DNA from: Candidatus Eiseniibacteriota bacterium
GTDB taxonomy: Bacteria > Eisenbacteria > RBG-16-71-46 > CAIMUX01 > VGJL01
DNA: 64,000 nt
Reading direction: 5' to 3'
NCBI GenBank assembly: GCA_963792585.1
Contig: CAWBWI010000001.1
Location: forward strand, 1,408,001-1,472,000
In this document: piece after piece, positions 31,893 through 40,375 of the stretch
Numbering within the stretch: position 1 is the first letter of the stretch
How the letters are laid out: every line of letters begins with the position of its first letter
Notes under the pieces: model-generated
What the model was told of the DNA's origin: nothing
The model's database searches: none
Seen by the model: the letters and a program-made list of their open reading frames with translations, nothing else
Program-made: the position numbers and the translations under genes

Positions 31893-32067
31893 CGTGATTC
31901 GACCTCCCTAGCTAGCTAGCTGTCATACTCAAGTTTGCGTTGCTCCGACTCGCGCGTCTTGTCGGAGTTTGTACGAGACGTCCGTGCGTCTCCCCATCCA
32001 CCACCCCACCCACGTAAGACCGATCGGGCCCGGCGAAGAATCCCGTTCGATCGAGGGAACCTAGAAG

Positions 32068-32682
32068 TTAAGGGCAGTTCCGGAGGCCGCCGTCCCAGAC
32101 CCCACCGAACGTGGCGAAGTCGCCGACGTTCATCGCATTGTTCCCGTCGTAATCATGGCAACTGGCAGGACCGGTACCGTTCTGCCAAGCCTGACCGAAC
32201 GCCGAGAAGTCCGTTACGGTGATGCTCCTGGACCAACGACCAGCGACACCATTGTTGTCGAACGCCGCGTAATCCGGGCTCTCCACCGAGGTGTACTCCC
32301 GGATCGCAACGCCGTTCGCACGGATGGTGAAAGCACCGGTGCCCTTGTAGCAACCGCCACCAGGAATATTGAACGAAACAATGCCGGATGCATTGGTGTT
32401 GCCTGTCGTCAGGGCACCAGAGCAAAGAACGACCTTGTTGTCCACGATCCCACCGATTTCGATCACGACGACTGCGTTATTGATCGCAAGGCCAGAGGCA
32501 TTGCGAACGGTCACCGTGAAGGCACCGTAGGTCTCAGGAGTCGGGAGATTCGGAATCAACAGCAGCCGCGGACGGATCAGATTGTCCAGGCTTGTCTGGC
32601 AGTTCGAAGGATCGGGAACATCAGCAACCGCCGCCGAAGCCGCGATGCCGAGAAGACACAGAACGAAGATCAAGCGCTTCAT
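32068..32682 (-). CDS. Secreted protein with an Ig-like region and duplicated dockerin/EF-hand-like motif
   Basis: GGAGG RBS; signal peptide; DVPDPSNC, VTVRNASGLAI; SPD...VTDFSAF and HDYDGNNAMNVGDFATF. Confidence 0.8.
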   Translation of the reverse strand: MKRLIFVLCLLGIAASAAVADVPDPSNCQTSLDNLIRPRLLLIPNLPTPETYGAFTVTVRNASGLAINNAVVVIEIGGIVDNKVVLCSGALTTGNTNASGIVSFNIPGGGCYKGTGAFTIRANGVAIREYTSVESPDYAAFDNNGVAGRWSRSITVTDFSAFGQAWQNGTGPASCHDYDGNNAMNVGDFATFGGVWDGGLRNCP

Positions 32683-32852
32683 TCGGTTGACCTCCAAGTC
32701 AAGTTCAGAGTTGGGCAAGCCACTCTGGAAAAGGAGTCCTAAAAGTCTGTTGCAAGACAACGAGTTGCGATAGCCCCTGTGGGCCGGTCCATCCGTCTTT
32801 CTCAGCGCACCTCCTTCCCTAACATGCTCCACATGTTGGCTTGCACGTAGAC

Positions 32853-32881
32853 ATTGTACCAACAGGGGTCGGCAGGGTCAA
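32853..32881 (-). promoter_or_regulatory. Near-consensus sigma-70 promoter for the secreted-protein cluster
   Basis: TTGACC-17 nt-TACAAT with a TG extended -10. Confidence 0.7.
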
Positions 32882-32914
32882 GCCACAATTGCCGAGATTA
32901 TTCCGGGATAGAGG

Positions 32915-32943
32915 TTGACCCAGCGAGCAAGCCGCTGGGTCAA
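32915..32943. terminator. Hairpin downstream of tRNA-Val
   Basis: TTGACCCAGCG / CGCTGGGTCAA 11-bp stem with a 7-nt loop. Confidence 0.6.
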
Positions 32944-32950
32944 AATGACT

Positions 32951-33022
32951 TGGGCGAGACAGGGGTTGAACCTGTGGCCTCCTGCTTGTAAGGCAGGCGC
33001 TCCACCGTTGAGCTACTCGCCC
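32951..33022 (-). tRNA. tRNA-Val(TAC), CCA not encoded
   Basis: GGGCGAG acceptor stem, TAGCTCAACGGTGGAGC D arm, CCTGC-CTTACAA-GCAGG anticodon arm, ACAGG-TTCAACC-CCTGT T arm. Confidence 0.96.
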
Positions 33023-33343
33023 CCCGCGTCCGGACCGGCCGACCGGGAGCCTGGGGCTGCATCCGCCTTGCGGGCTCGCCGCCAAGATTCCCCACGGGAT
33101 CAGCCCTAAGTACCCTCCCACAATCAAGATCGGGGCAAACACCTTGTCGCCGACGGCCAGGAGGACGAACCCGAGAGCGACTGCGGCCCCCCCGGCTGCC
33201 AGGATCAGGAAGTTCCTTCTCCCCCATGGAATGTGAGCTTCCTCCCCGGCGCTGGGGCGCAGTTTCCTGGGGGATTCACCGGCCCCCGGGACCCGGCGGA
33301 TCCCCCGGCCGGTGCTGGAACCCTTCGACCTCGACGCGATCAT
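33013..33343 (-). CDS. Small two-TM membrane protein (DUF3098-like)
   Basis: PWGRRNFLILAAG...LGFVLL...APILIVGGYLGLIPWGIL; the 3' end is inferred across a probable indel. Confidence 0.65.
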
Positions 33344-34263
33344 TGTCCACCCCCTTGGGGCGCCTTCCCCGCGGCGGCCCGGCATGGATTCTCTGGCTCG
33401 CACCGGGATCCCGCCCCCCTGAAGATACCCTTCTGGATAAGGCAGTCCTTCTCCCGTAGCCTCTCGCAGACCGCATCCTCGAAGCAACATGCGCCCAGCG
33501 GGGCGTCCGGCCGGCACAGCTCCCATGAGCAGGGGGTACCTTCCCCGAACCAGACCGCGTTCTCGCCGTAGTAACCGGCCTCCTTTTCGGTCAACATCGC
33601 GCAGATGGTGTCCCGGACGCAGGCGGCCCCGATCTGCGAGCCGGGCCAGTCCATGACGGGCACGCGCCCTGGCACCCCAAAGCCAAGAACGCCCAGGTCC
33701 GCAATTGGTGACTCTACCGGAAACCGCGCCGTCGCGAAGCGCGAGGCGAACTGGGGATTCGGGTGGGGAATCACTTCGACCGTTCCCGGCGACGAGGCGA
33801 TGATGGCGAACCAGCCGAGCTCGACCACGCGCGAGGAGTCGATGTGCCCGGACATGGCGATCGCCATCCCTTCGCCGCTCGACGGCCAATCGGAGGTTCC
33901 GGCCTGCAGGACGTCATCTGCAAGCGCCCCAACGGAGGATCTCGATGCCATCGGAGTAGCGGATCGCCGAAGGTGACGGCCCCCAGCTCGGGGTTCGCGC
34001 TGTCGGGCCATGCCGCCATCAGGTAGGCGATTTGCGGCTTGGCCGAAGTGCCTCCGGAAACCATCGCTTCCGCCGGCGAAGGGTCGCAGAACGGCCACAG
34101 TACTTGGCGCCCTTCGCGTACTCGACATCGGGCGCCAGGGTGAGATAGAGAACGCCCCCGCGGTCGTCCGCGGGCCTGCGCGCGTCCGCACCCCCCGTCG
34201 TCGAGGCAAGGACAGACCATCAGCCGCGAACGCGAACCGCAGCAATCCCCCAACGCGACTCAT
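33340..34263 (-). CDS. Third, diverged paralog of the GACC-repeat secreted proteins (multiple indels)
   Basis: Across frames: GGVLYLTLAPDVEY..YC, AAWPDSANPELGAVTFG, LGWFAI, GVLGFG, GAAC and GACCFEDAVC...CEPENPC. Confidence 0.65.
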   Translation of the reverse strand: MSRVGGLLRFAFAADGLSLPRRRGVRTRAGPRTTAGAFSISPWRPMSSTRRAPSTVAVLRPFAGGSDGFRRHFGQAANRLPDGGMARQREPRAGGRHLRRSATPMASRSSVGALADDVLQAGTSDWPSSGEGMAIAMSGHIDSSRVVELGWFAIIASSPGTVEVIPHPNPQFASRFATARFPVESPIADLGVLGFGVPGRVPVMDWPGSQIGAACVRDTICAMLTEKEAGYYGENAVWFGEGTPCSWELCRPDAPLGACCFEDAVCERLREKDCLIQKGIFRGAGSRCEPENPCRAAAGKAPQGGGQ

Positions 34264-35281
34264 CGTCCATCCTCCGTCGAAGCACGCACCGCGCGCCGCG
34301 CCCGATTGTGTTCCGCAAGCGTCCTCGAGAAACGGTGTCCGCCGTCTCCGCCGGCCACGAAGAACATCTCCGTCCCCACTGTGTCAGGCCAGAGCACGGC
34401 CCGCAAGGCGTCCATCCCCGGATTGCCGATCGGTCCGGGGGAAGGCCCCGCAATCGGTAGGTGTTGTACGGCGAGATCGACCTCGAGATCCTGGTAGAGG
34501 AGGGGACCCGAGAACCGGGCCAGAGCATAGCGGACGGTCGGGTCCGCCTCCAGCTTCCAGCCGAGACGCAGGCGCCTCCAGAAGACCCCGGCGATCCGCG
34601 GCATCTCCGCGACCCGCGCCGCCTCCGCCTGGACGATCGACGCGAAGGTGACGGCCTGATCGGGTCCGATCCCCAGCCGCGCCGCGCGCTCGCACAGATC
34701 GGGCGTCAGCGCGGGCCTTCGCCTCGCGAAGCATTCTTCCGAGGGCCGTCGCGTCGGCTCCGCTCCTTCGGAAAGACGTAGGTGGCCGGGAAGAGATACC
34801 CCTCCAGGCGCGGGCGCGGCAGCACCGGCCGCGCGGATCCACGCTCGAGTCGCCCGCCGCGGGCGCGGAGCTCCATCGAGATCGATTTCGAGGGAGTCCG
34901 CCAGGATCTTCAGGATCTGCTCCTCTCGCCAGCCTTCGGGGATCGTCACCCGGGTCGTCTCGACCCGACCCGAGACCAGCTGCGCCATGACTTCCCGCGG
35001 CGAGAACTGCCGCGGGTGAGGCGATACCGGCCGTGCTGCACCTTCCGATCCATCCCGGCGCGACCGGCCCACCATGCCAAGCAGCCGGGGCTGACGGACC
35101 CAACCGGAATCGGCCAACGCCTCGGCAACGGACCGCAGGGACGCTCCGGGTGCCACGCGCACACGGCCCGGTCCCTGCTGCGAACGCCTCGGTGGGCGTG
35201 TCGAGTTCCGCGATAAGACCCACCGCCAAGAGCGCGGCGAAGAAGAGGAGGCCGCCGGCCGCGAGGGATCCAGCGCTTCAT
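34260..35281 (-). CDS. mltG: Endolytic transglycosylase MltG (frameshifted)
   Basis: RVTIPEGW, ASIVQAEA, IAGVFWRRL, LEADPTVRY, PGPIGNPG and HRFSRTLAEHNRA motifs. Confidence 0.9.
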
Positions 35282-35707
35282 CGGGGAAGGCTCTCAATGT
35301 AGGACTGCAGGAGAATCGTCGCCGCGACCTCGTCCACGGCTCCCTTGCGACGCCGCACCGCAGCCGGTGCGTGGCGGAGGTTTTCCTCGGCTTCCCAGCT
35401 CGTCAGCCGTTCGTCCCAGAGGATTACCTCGATGCCACGCGCACGCAGGCGCGCGGCCAGATCCTCGATATCGGGGACGATCTCTCCAGGTGAGCCGTCG
35501 AGATGACGCGGCAACCCCAGGACGATGGCGGCGGCCGCGTGCTCGGCCACCCGCTCGGCCAACCGCGCGGCGAGATCGTCGAGTCCTCGAGCCTGGAGGG
35601 TCGCAAGCGGATATGCGAGTCGCCCTTCCGGATCGCAGAGGGCCAATCCCCGTGCGGCGCCGACCATAGTCGACGCCGAGATAACAGCGGCTTCGCTCCG
35701 GATTCAA
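35278..35707 (-). CDS. ruvX: Holliday junction resolvase-like RuvX/YqgF (indel near 35650)
   Basis: LGVDYG, ALCDPEG, VLGLP, WDERLTS and VDEVAATILLQSY motifs. Confidence 0.9.
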
Positions 35708-36162
35708 ACGGAATGACCGCCGGGAGGTTTGCCGCCGTTCGAGCGCTTGGTCTTCAGCAGGCGGACGGTTGTTCCTGTGGTAGGGCGGATCTCGAAATCG
35801 ACCTTATCCATCATCTCGCGCATGATGAAGATGCCACGGCCGCTGCAGTTCATCAACGCCTCCGGAGTCGTCGGGTTGCGCGCGAGGACGGCGTTCAGGT
35901 CGAAACCGGGGCCGGAGTCATGCACCGTGATCATCAGCGCATCCGGGGTCAGATCGAATTGGAACTCGACGATCTTGGACGCATCTCTCTTGTGACCGTG
36001 CTGGATCGCATTGGTGCCCGCCTCGATCACCGAGATCGAAACCGCGTCGGCCACGTCTTCGTCGAACCCCATCTCGTCGTTGATCCCCTGCATGAGTCGA
36101 TCGAGGACCGACAGGAGCTCGAGGCGACTGGGGATCGAGAGGGTGATCACCTGCGTCTGCAT
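35704..36162 (-). CDS. Anti-sigma factor Ser/Thr kinase (RsbW-like)
   Basis: EAGTNAIQHG, DSGPGFD and SGRGIFIMREMMD motifs. Confidence 0.9.
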   Translation of the reverse strand: MQTQVITLSIPSRLELLSVLDRLMQGINDEMGFDEDVADAVSISVIEAGTNAIQHGHKRDASKIVEFQFDLTPDALMITVHDSGPGFDLNAVLARNPTTPEALMNCSGRGIFIMREMMDKVDFEIRPTTGTTVRLLKTKRSNGGKPPGGHSV

Positions 36163-36192
36163 CGGTACCCCATGGAATTCGGCGTCGGGCGG

Positions 36193-36552
36193 CTACCTCG
36201 AGGATGAGGCCGCCAACCCTTCGCGCCCTTCCCGCTCCGAGCCCACCACATCAAAGACCGAGTTCAAGCGGGTGATCGCCAGGATCGAAGCGATCCGCTT
36301 GGTGACCCGGGACAAACGCAGACGACAGCCCTTTTCACGCGCCGCCAGGTGTGCGCTGATGAGAAAACCGAGCCCGGTGGAGTTGACCCATGTCACCTCG
36401 GCCATGTCGAGGGTGATCTGCCGGGAACCCCGCTCGATGGCGGCCAAGAGTGCATTGCGGAATCCCAAGGAGTCTGGACCGCCCATCAACTGGCCGCTCA
36501 GGCTCATCGTGACGGCATCGCCGTCGATCTCCTGGGTGTGCCTCATCGCCAT
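36193..36552 (-). CDS. STAS anti-anti-sigma factor (RsbV-like)
   Basis: LDMAEVTWVNSTGLGFL and ILAITRL motifs. Confidence 0.88.
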   Translation of the reverse strand: MAMRHTQEIDGDAVTMSLSGQLMGGPDSLGFRNALLAAIERGSRQITLDMAEVTWVNSTGLGFLISAHLAAREKGCRLRLSRVTKRIASILAITRLNSVFDVVGSEREGREGLAASSSR

Positions 36553-36555
36553 CCT

Positions 36556-37521
36556 TCAGGTCTCGTCCGACAGCTCGCGCAGTAGGACTTCGATCTCCCC
36601 CGGTACCGGTGCCTCAAACACCCAACCCCGATGGTCCCGAGGGTGGCTGATGCTCAAATGATAGGCATGCAGCGCTTGACGGTTCAAGCGACGAAGCCGG
36701 TCGGTCCAGAGAAGGCGGGCCGCGGGGGCGATTCGCGGAAGGAAGGCGCGTCCACCCCCATAGGTCGGATCGCCAAAGACGGGGAAACCCGCATGGCTCA
36801 GGTGCACGCGGATTTGATGGGTTCGGCCCGACTCGAGACGCACCTCGAGCAGGCTGAGCGGACCGTATCCCCGGAGCACTCGGTAGTTCGTCCGGGCGGC
36901 GCGGCCGCCCTGGGCGACGACGGCCATCTTCTTGCGATCCCTTGGATCCCTTCCCATCGGGGCGTCGATGACCCCCTGCGCGGGGTTCGGCGCGCCCCAG
37001 ACGAGGGCGATGTAGCGGCGGCTCGCCTCGCGCCGGGCGATCTGCCCCTGCAGATCCAGATAGGCCCGGTCATTGCACGCGACAACAAGGAGCCCGCTGG
37101 TTTCACGGTCGAGCCGGTGGACGATTCCCGGGCGCTCCGGCGATCCGGGCCAAATCCGGTTGGGATGCAGATGGAGGAGTCCGTGGACGAGGGTCCCGTC
37201 GCGACGTCCCGCGCCCGGATGCACGGTCAGCCCCGCCGGCTTGTCGATGACGATCAGATCATCATCCTCGTGGACGATCCGCATCGCGATCGCCTCCGGC
37301 TTGAGGATCGACGGCACGGGCTCCGGAGGATCCACGCACACCGTCCACCCGGCGCGCAGCGGCAAGCCCGCTTTGATCGAGGCTTGTCCTTCGACCGTGA
37401 TGAGCCCGTCGTCGAGCCACCGTCGCAGGCGACTGCGCGATATGTCCGGAATCCGGGTTACGAGGAAGTGGTCGAGGCGTTGGCCTTCTTCATCCTGGCC
37501 GACGACGTAGGTCTCCGCCAT
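36556..37521 (-). CDS. rluD: RluA/RluD family pseudouridine synthase
   Basis: S4 domain, DKPAGLTVHPG, RPGIVHRLDRETSG and GRTHQIRVH motifs. Confidence 0.93.
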   Translation of the reverse strand: MAETYVVGQDEEGQRLDHFLVTRIPDISRSRLRRWLDDGLITVEGQASIKAGLPLRAGWTVCVDPPEPVPSILKPEAIAMRIVHEDDDLIVIDKPAGLTVHPGAGRRDGTLVHGLLHLHPNRIWPGSPERPGIVHRLDRETSGLLVVACNDRAYLDLQGQIARREASRRYIALVWGAPNPAQGVIDAPMGRDPRDRKKMAVVAQGGRAARTNYRVLRGYGPLSLLEVRLESGRTHQIRVHLSHAGFPVFGDPTYGGGRAFLPRIAPAARLLWTDRLRRLNRQALHAYHLSISHPRDHRGWVFEAPVPGEIEVLLRELSDET

Positions 37522-38006
37522 CAGGACGCCGCGCCGTCCGGCGCGACCTCCGGATCGTCCTTGCGGCGCAGCATGAGGAGGGCGAGAAGGCAGATGCCCA
37601 CCGAGACCCCGATATCGGCGACGTTGAAGGTCGGCCAGCGGTGGAAACCGATCCCCACGTCGATCCAGTCCACCACGGACCCGTAGGCGATGCGGTCCAC
37701 GAGGTTGCCGAAGGCGCCCCCCAGGATCAGGCCGAGAGCCAAGCTGTAGCCGGGGGTGCGGCCGCGGGGCGAACGGGCGATGCCCAGGATCAGGAGGATC
37801 GAGATGATGCTGAAGGAGATGAAGAAGAGCCGTCCTCCCTGGAAGAGACTGAAGGCCGACCCGCTGTTGCGGACGTAGATCAGACGGACGAAATCGCCGA
37901 TGAGACGGACGGCGGAGGCGCGGTGCGCGAGTTCGCGAACCACGATCACCTTGCTGATCACATCGCAGATGAGCACTGCGAGCGTGACGAGGGTGAGTCT
38001 TCGCAA
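37521..38006 (-). CDS. lspA: Lipoprotein signal peptidase II
   Basis: NSGSAFS, GGAFGNLVDR, VVDWI and WPTFNVAD motifs. Confidence 0.95.
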   Translation of the reverse strand: MRRLTLVTLAVLICDVISKVIVVRELAHRASAVRLIGDFVRLIYVRNSGSAFSLFQGGRLFFISFSIISILLILGIARSPRGRTPGYSLALGLILGGAFGNLVDRIAYGSVVDWIDVGIGFHRWPTFNVADIGVSVGICLLALLMLRRKDDPEVAPDGAAS

Positions 38007-38007
38007 G

Positions 38008-38388
38008 CTAGGTCGAGGGTCTGCGCTCCGCCTGCTCCTGGCACTTCAGGCATAGGCGGGCATGGGGGATGACTTCGAGCCTCCGGTGATCGATCTCCTT
38101 CGAACACGACTCACAGGCGCCGTAGATCCCGTCGGCGATTCGGGCTATGGCCTCGTCGATCTCGATCAGCAATCTACCCTCCGCGGAGGCCACGAGGAGA
38201 TCGTTTTCTCTCTCGATCGCGTCGGTCCCGAGATCGGCCATGTGGATCGAGTAGGCGGAGAGGTCCCCGGAGGCTTCGCGTTGCGTGCGCTTCAGGACGG
38301 AGCTTTCCAGCTTGCCGACGAACTTGGAGAGGCGCTCCCGCTCGGCGACGAGCTTCTTCTCGAAGTGTTTGAGATCCTTCTTGTTCAC
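38008..38388 (-). CDS. TraR/DksA C4-type zinc finger protein
   Basis: HMADLGTD and YGACESC...RLEVIPHARLCLKC; GGAGG RBS before GTG. Confidence 0.9.
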   Translation of the reverse strand: MNKKDLKHFEKKLVAERERLSKFVGKLESSVLKRTQREASGDLSAYSIHMADLGTDAIERENDLLVASAEGRLLIEIDEAIARIADGIYGACESCSKEIDHRRLEVIPHARLCLKCQEQAERRPST

Positions 38389-38429
38389 ACATTCCTCCAG
38401 CGGCGCGCCGATCCGTCTTCGGGCACTCC

Positions 38430-39266
38430 TCACGTGAGCCTGCTCAAGAGTCCCCCGATCAGCCGAGTGAGTCCGGGAGCGGCCTGTGCCGCCGCCGCGA
38501 GGATCCGGGGAACGTCCACCGGTTCCAGCGCATCGGGCAAGCATAGATCGGTCACGGCCACGAGCGCAGCCACCTTCATTCCGCCATGGACGGCCGCCAG
38601 GTTCTCCGGGATGAGCGACATTCCGACCACATCAGCGCCGCACCACCTCAGAAAACGGTACTCCGCACGCGTTTCGAGATTCGGCCCCGCCACCGCAACC
38701 ATCACGCCCTCGGTCAGGCGGATCCGCTCGTTCATGGCCACCTCGCGCACGATCGCGCGCAGACCCCGATCGTACGGTTCCGACATGTCCGGAAAGCGGG
38801 GCCCCAAACTCTCGTCGTTCGGTCCGATCAGGGGGTTGTCCCCCATCAAGTTGATGTGATCGGCAATCAGGACGATCTCCCCAAGGGAAAGGTTTGGGTT
38901 CATGCCGCCCACCGCACTGGTCGAGATGAGGGTCGTCGCCCCCAGCCCGCGGAGGACCCGGACCGGGAAGGTGACCTCCTTCATCGAGAAACCTTCATAG
39001 TAGTGGACCCGGCCGCGCATCAGGACGATGGGGCAACCTCCCCAGCGCCCGAAAACGAGCTCGTTCGCATGGCTCTCCACCTGGGAGTTCGGAAAGTGCG
39101 GGATCTCCGCGTAGGGGACCCGGACCTCCACCTGGAGCGCGTCGGGGAGGTCTCCCAGGCCGGTGCCGAGGATCACCGCGGCGCGCGGCTCGAACCCGGT
39201 GCGCGTTCGAAGGAGCGCCACCGCCTCATCGATCCGGGCCTTCAAATTCCGGTCACCTTCGCCCAT
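38430..39266 (-). CDS. punA: Purine-nucleoside phosphorylase
   Basis: ILGTGLG, GRVHYYEG, NPLIGPND, GPRFPDMS, GPNLETRAE and DVVGMS motifs. Confidence 0.93.
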   Translation of the reverse strand: MGEGDRNLKARIDEAVALLRTRTGFEPRAAVILGTGLGDLPDALQVEVRVPYAEIPHFPNSQVESHANELVFGRWGGCPIVLMRGRVHYYEGFSMKEVTFPVRVLRGLGATTLISTSAVGGMNPNLSLGEIVLIADHINLMGDNPLIGPNDESLGPRFPDMSEPYDRGLRAIVREVAMNERIRLTEGVMVAVAGPNLETRAEYRFLRWCGADVVGMSLIPENLAAVHGGMKVAALVAVTDLCLPDALEPVDVPRILAAAAQAAPGLTRLIGGLLSRLT

Positions 39267-39291
39267 CGGCTCCTCAATGCGGTCGCGCCTC

Positions 39292-40165
39292 TCAACGCGC
39301 TCCCTGCGTCGGGTCCTCTTCGTCCGCCGAGATCTCGAACAACCCCTCGGTGCGCTCGGTGTCCTCGGGACCGCGCGACTCGCGCTCCGGCTGTGGCGGC
39401 GTGTAGCCCGTGCCCCGCGTCGCATCGGCTCGCTCGGGGTTGGGTCCGCTGCGACCGAACCGCGGCGCTACCCGGGGAGGGGGACCGTCCTGGGGGGCAG
39501 GCCAGCGGCCGGGGGGTTGCGCAGTCGCGGCGGCGGCTGGCGAAGCCTCCGTCGTCGGTTCGACCTGCGGCGGCTGCGGCGGCCGGGCCGGGGCTTCGCC
39601 GGAGCTGCCGCTGCGGTGCGCGGCGCGGGGGCGGCGGGGCCGGGCGCGAATCGGCGCGTCGCATCCGGCTCACCAGCGCGGTGGCCTCGTCGTGCAGCTC
39701 GTCGACCCCCTGGAGGTACTGCTCGTTGCGATCGAGCATCTCCATGTGCGAGATCAGGAAGGTGCGCATCTGCTCTGTGTAGATGTCGCGCTTGGTCTGA
39801 AGTCCGCGGATCTCCTCGTTCATCCTGCCCATCCGATCGACGGCGTCCTGCAGGATCAACTCGGCGCGACGCTCCGCATCCTGGACCAGAAGGTCGGCGT
39901 CCCGCTGGGAGGCATCGCGGGCCTGGTGCATGAGCCGCTCCGCAGTGACGACCCCATCGCGGAGGGACTGGTCGAGGTTGCGGTATTCCGAGAGCCGGTC
40001 CTCGCAGTGACGCAGCCTCTCGGTCAGCTGGGCATGCTCCTGCAGCAGGCTCTCGTACTCGGTGGCGACGAGGTCGAGGAAGACGCGGACCTCCTCGTTT
40101 TCGGCCCCGCGGAAGACCGTTCGGAAGGTCTGATTCCGGATGTCGAGAGGAGAGATCTTGCCCAC
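39292..40165 (-). CDS. divIVA: DivIVA domain protein with long Pro/Ala-rich tail (indels in tail)
   Basis: ISPLDIRNQTF...FRG....EV..FL followed by coiled coil; plausible true end ...EGLFEISADEEDPTQGAR* at 39292. Confidence 0.82.
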
Positions 40166-40278
40166 GGTTCGCCCTCCTGGTTGCTGTTACCGCGCGGTCG
40201 CCCGCGCTCGCTGCCCTGTTCGGGTCGCGTCGGCTCGATCGCGACCTGGACCCGCGCCCGCTTTCCTGAAGGCCCGAT

Positions 40279-40307
40279 ACTATAGGAATGGCCAAACCAA
40301 CGGGCAA
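40279..40307 (-). promoter_or_regulatory. Sigma-70-type promoter for the divIVA-punA operon
   Basis: TTGCCC-17 nt-TATAGT. Confidence 0.55.
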
Positions 40308-40375
40308 GGGCAATTTGGTTCCCATTTTGGAGCCGCCGCGGCTGCCGTATACTCCCCCGCAGCACAGGAGGATCC

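Noticed and set aside
31930..31975. c-di-GMP-I riboswitch (CAAAC...ACGCAAA resemblance)
   Set aside because: No GNRA loop on the stem and no clear second hairpin with a tetraloop receptor.
29400..33022. Integrative island at tRNA-Val
   Set aside because: No integrase, and I saw no duplicated tRNA 3' end; the cargo looks like native surface proteins.
32819..33889. 356-aa ORF running through the tRNA
   Set aside because: A chimera of off-frame sequence, the DUF3098-like gene and read-through caused by a probable indel.
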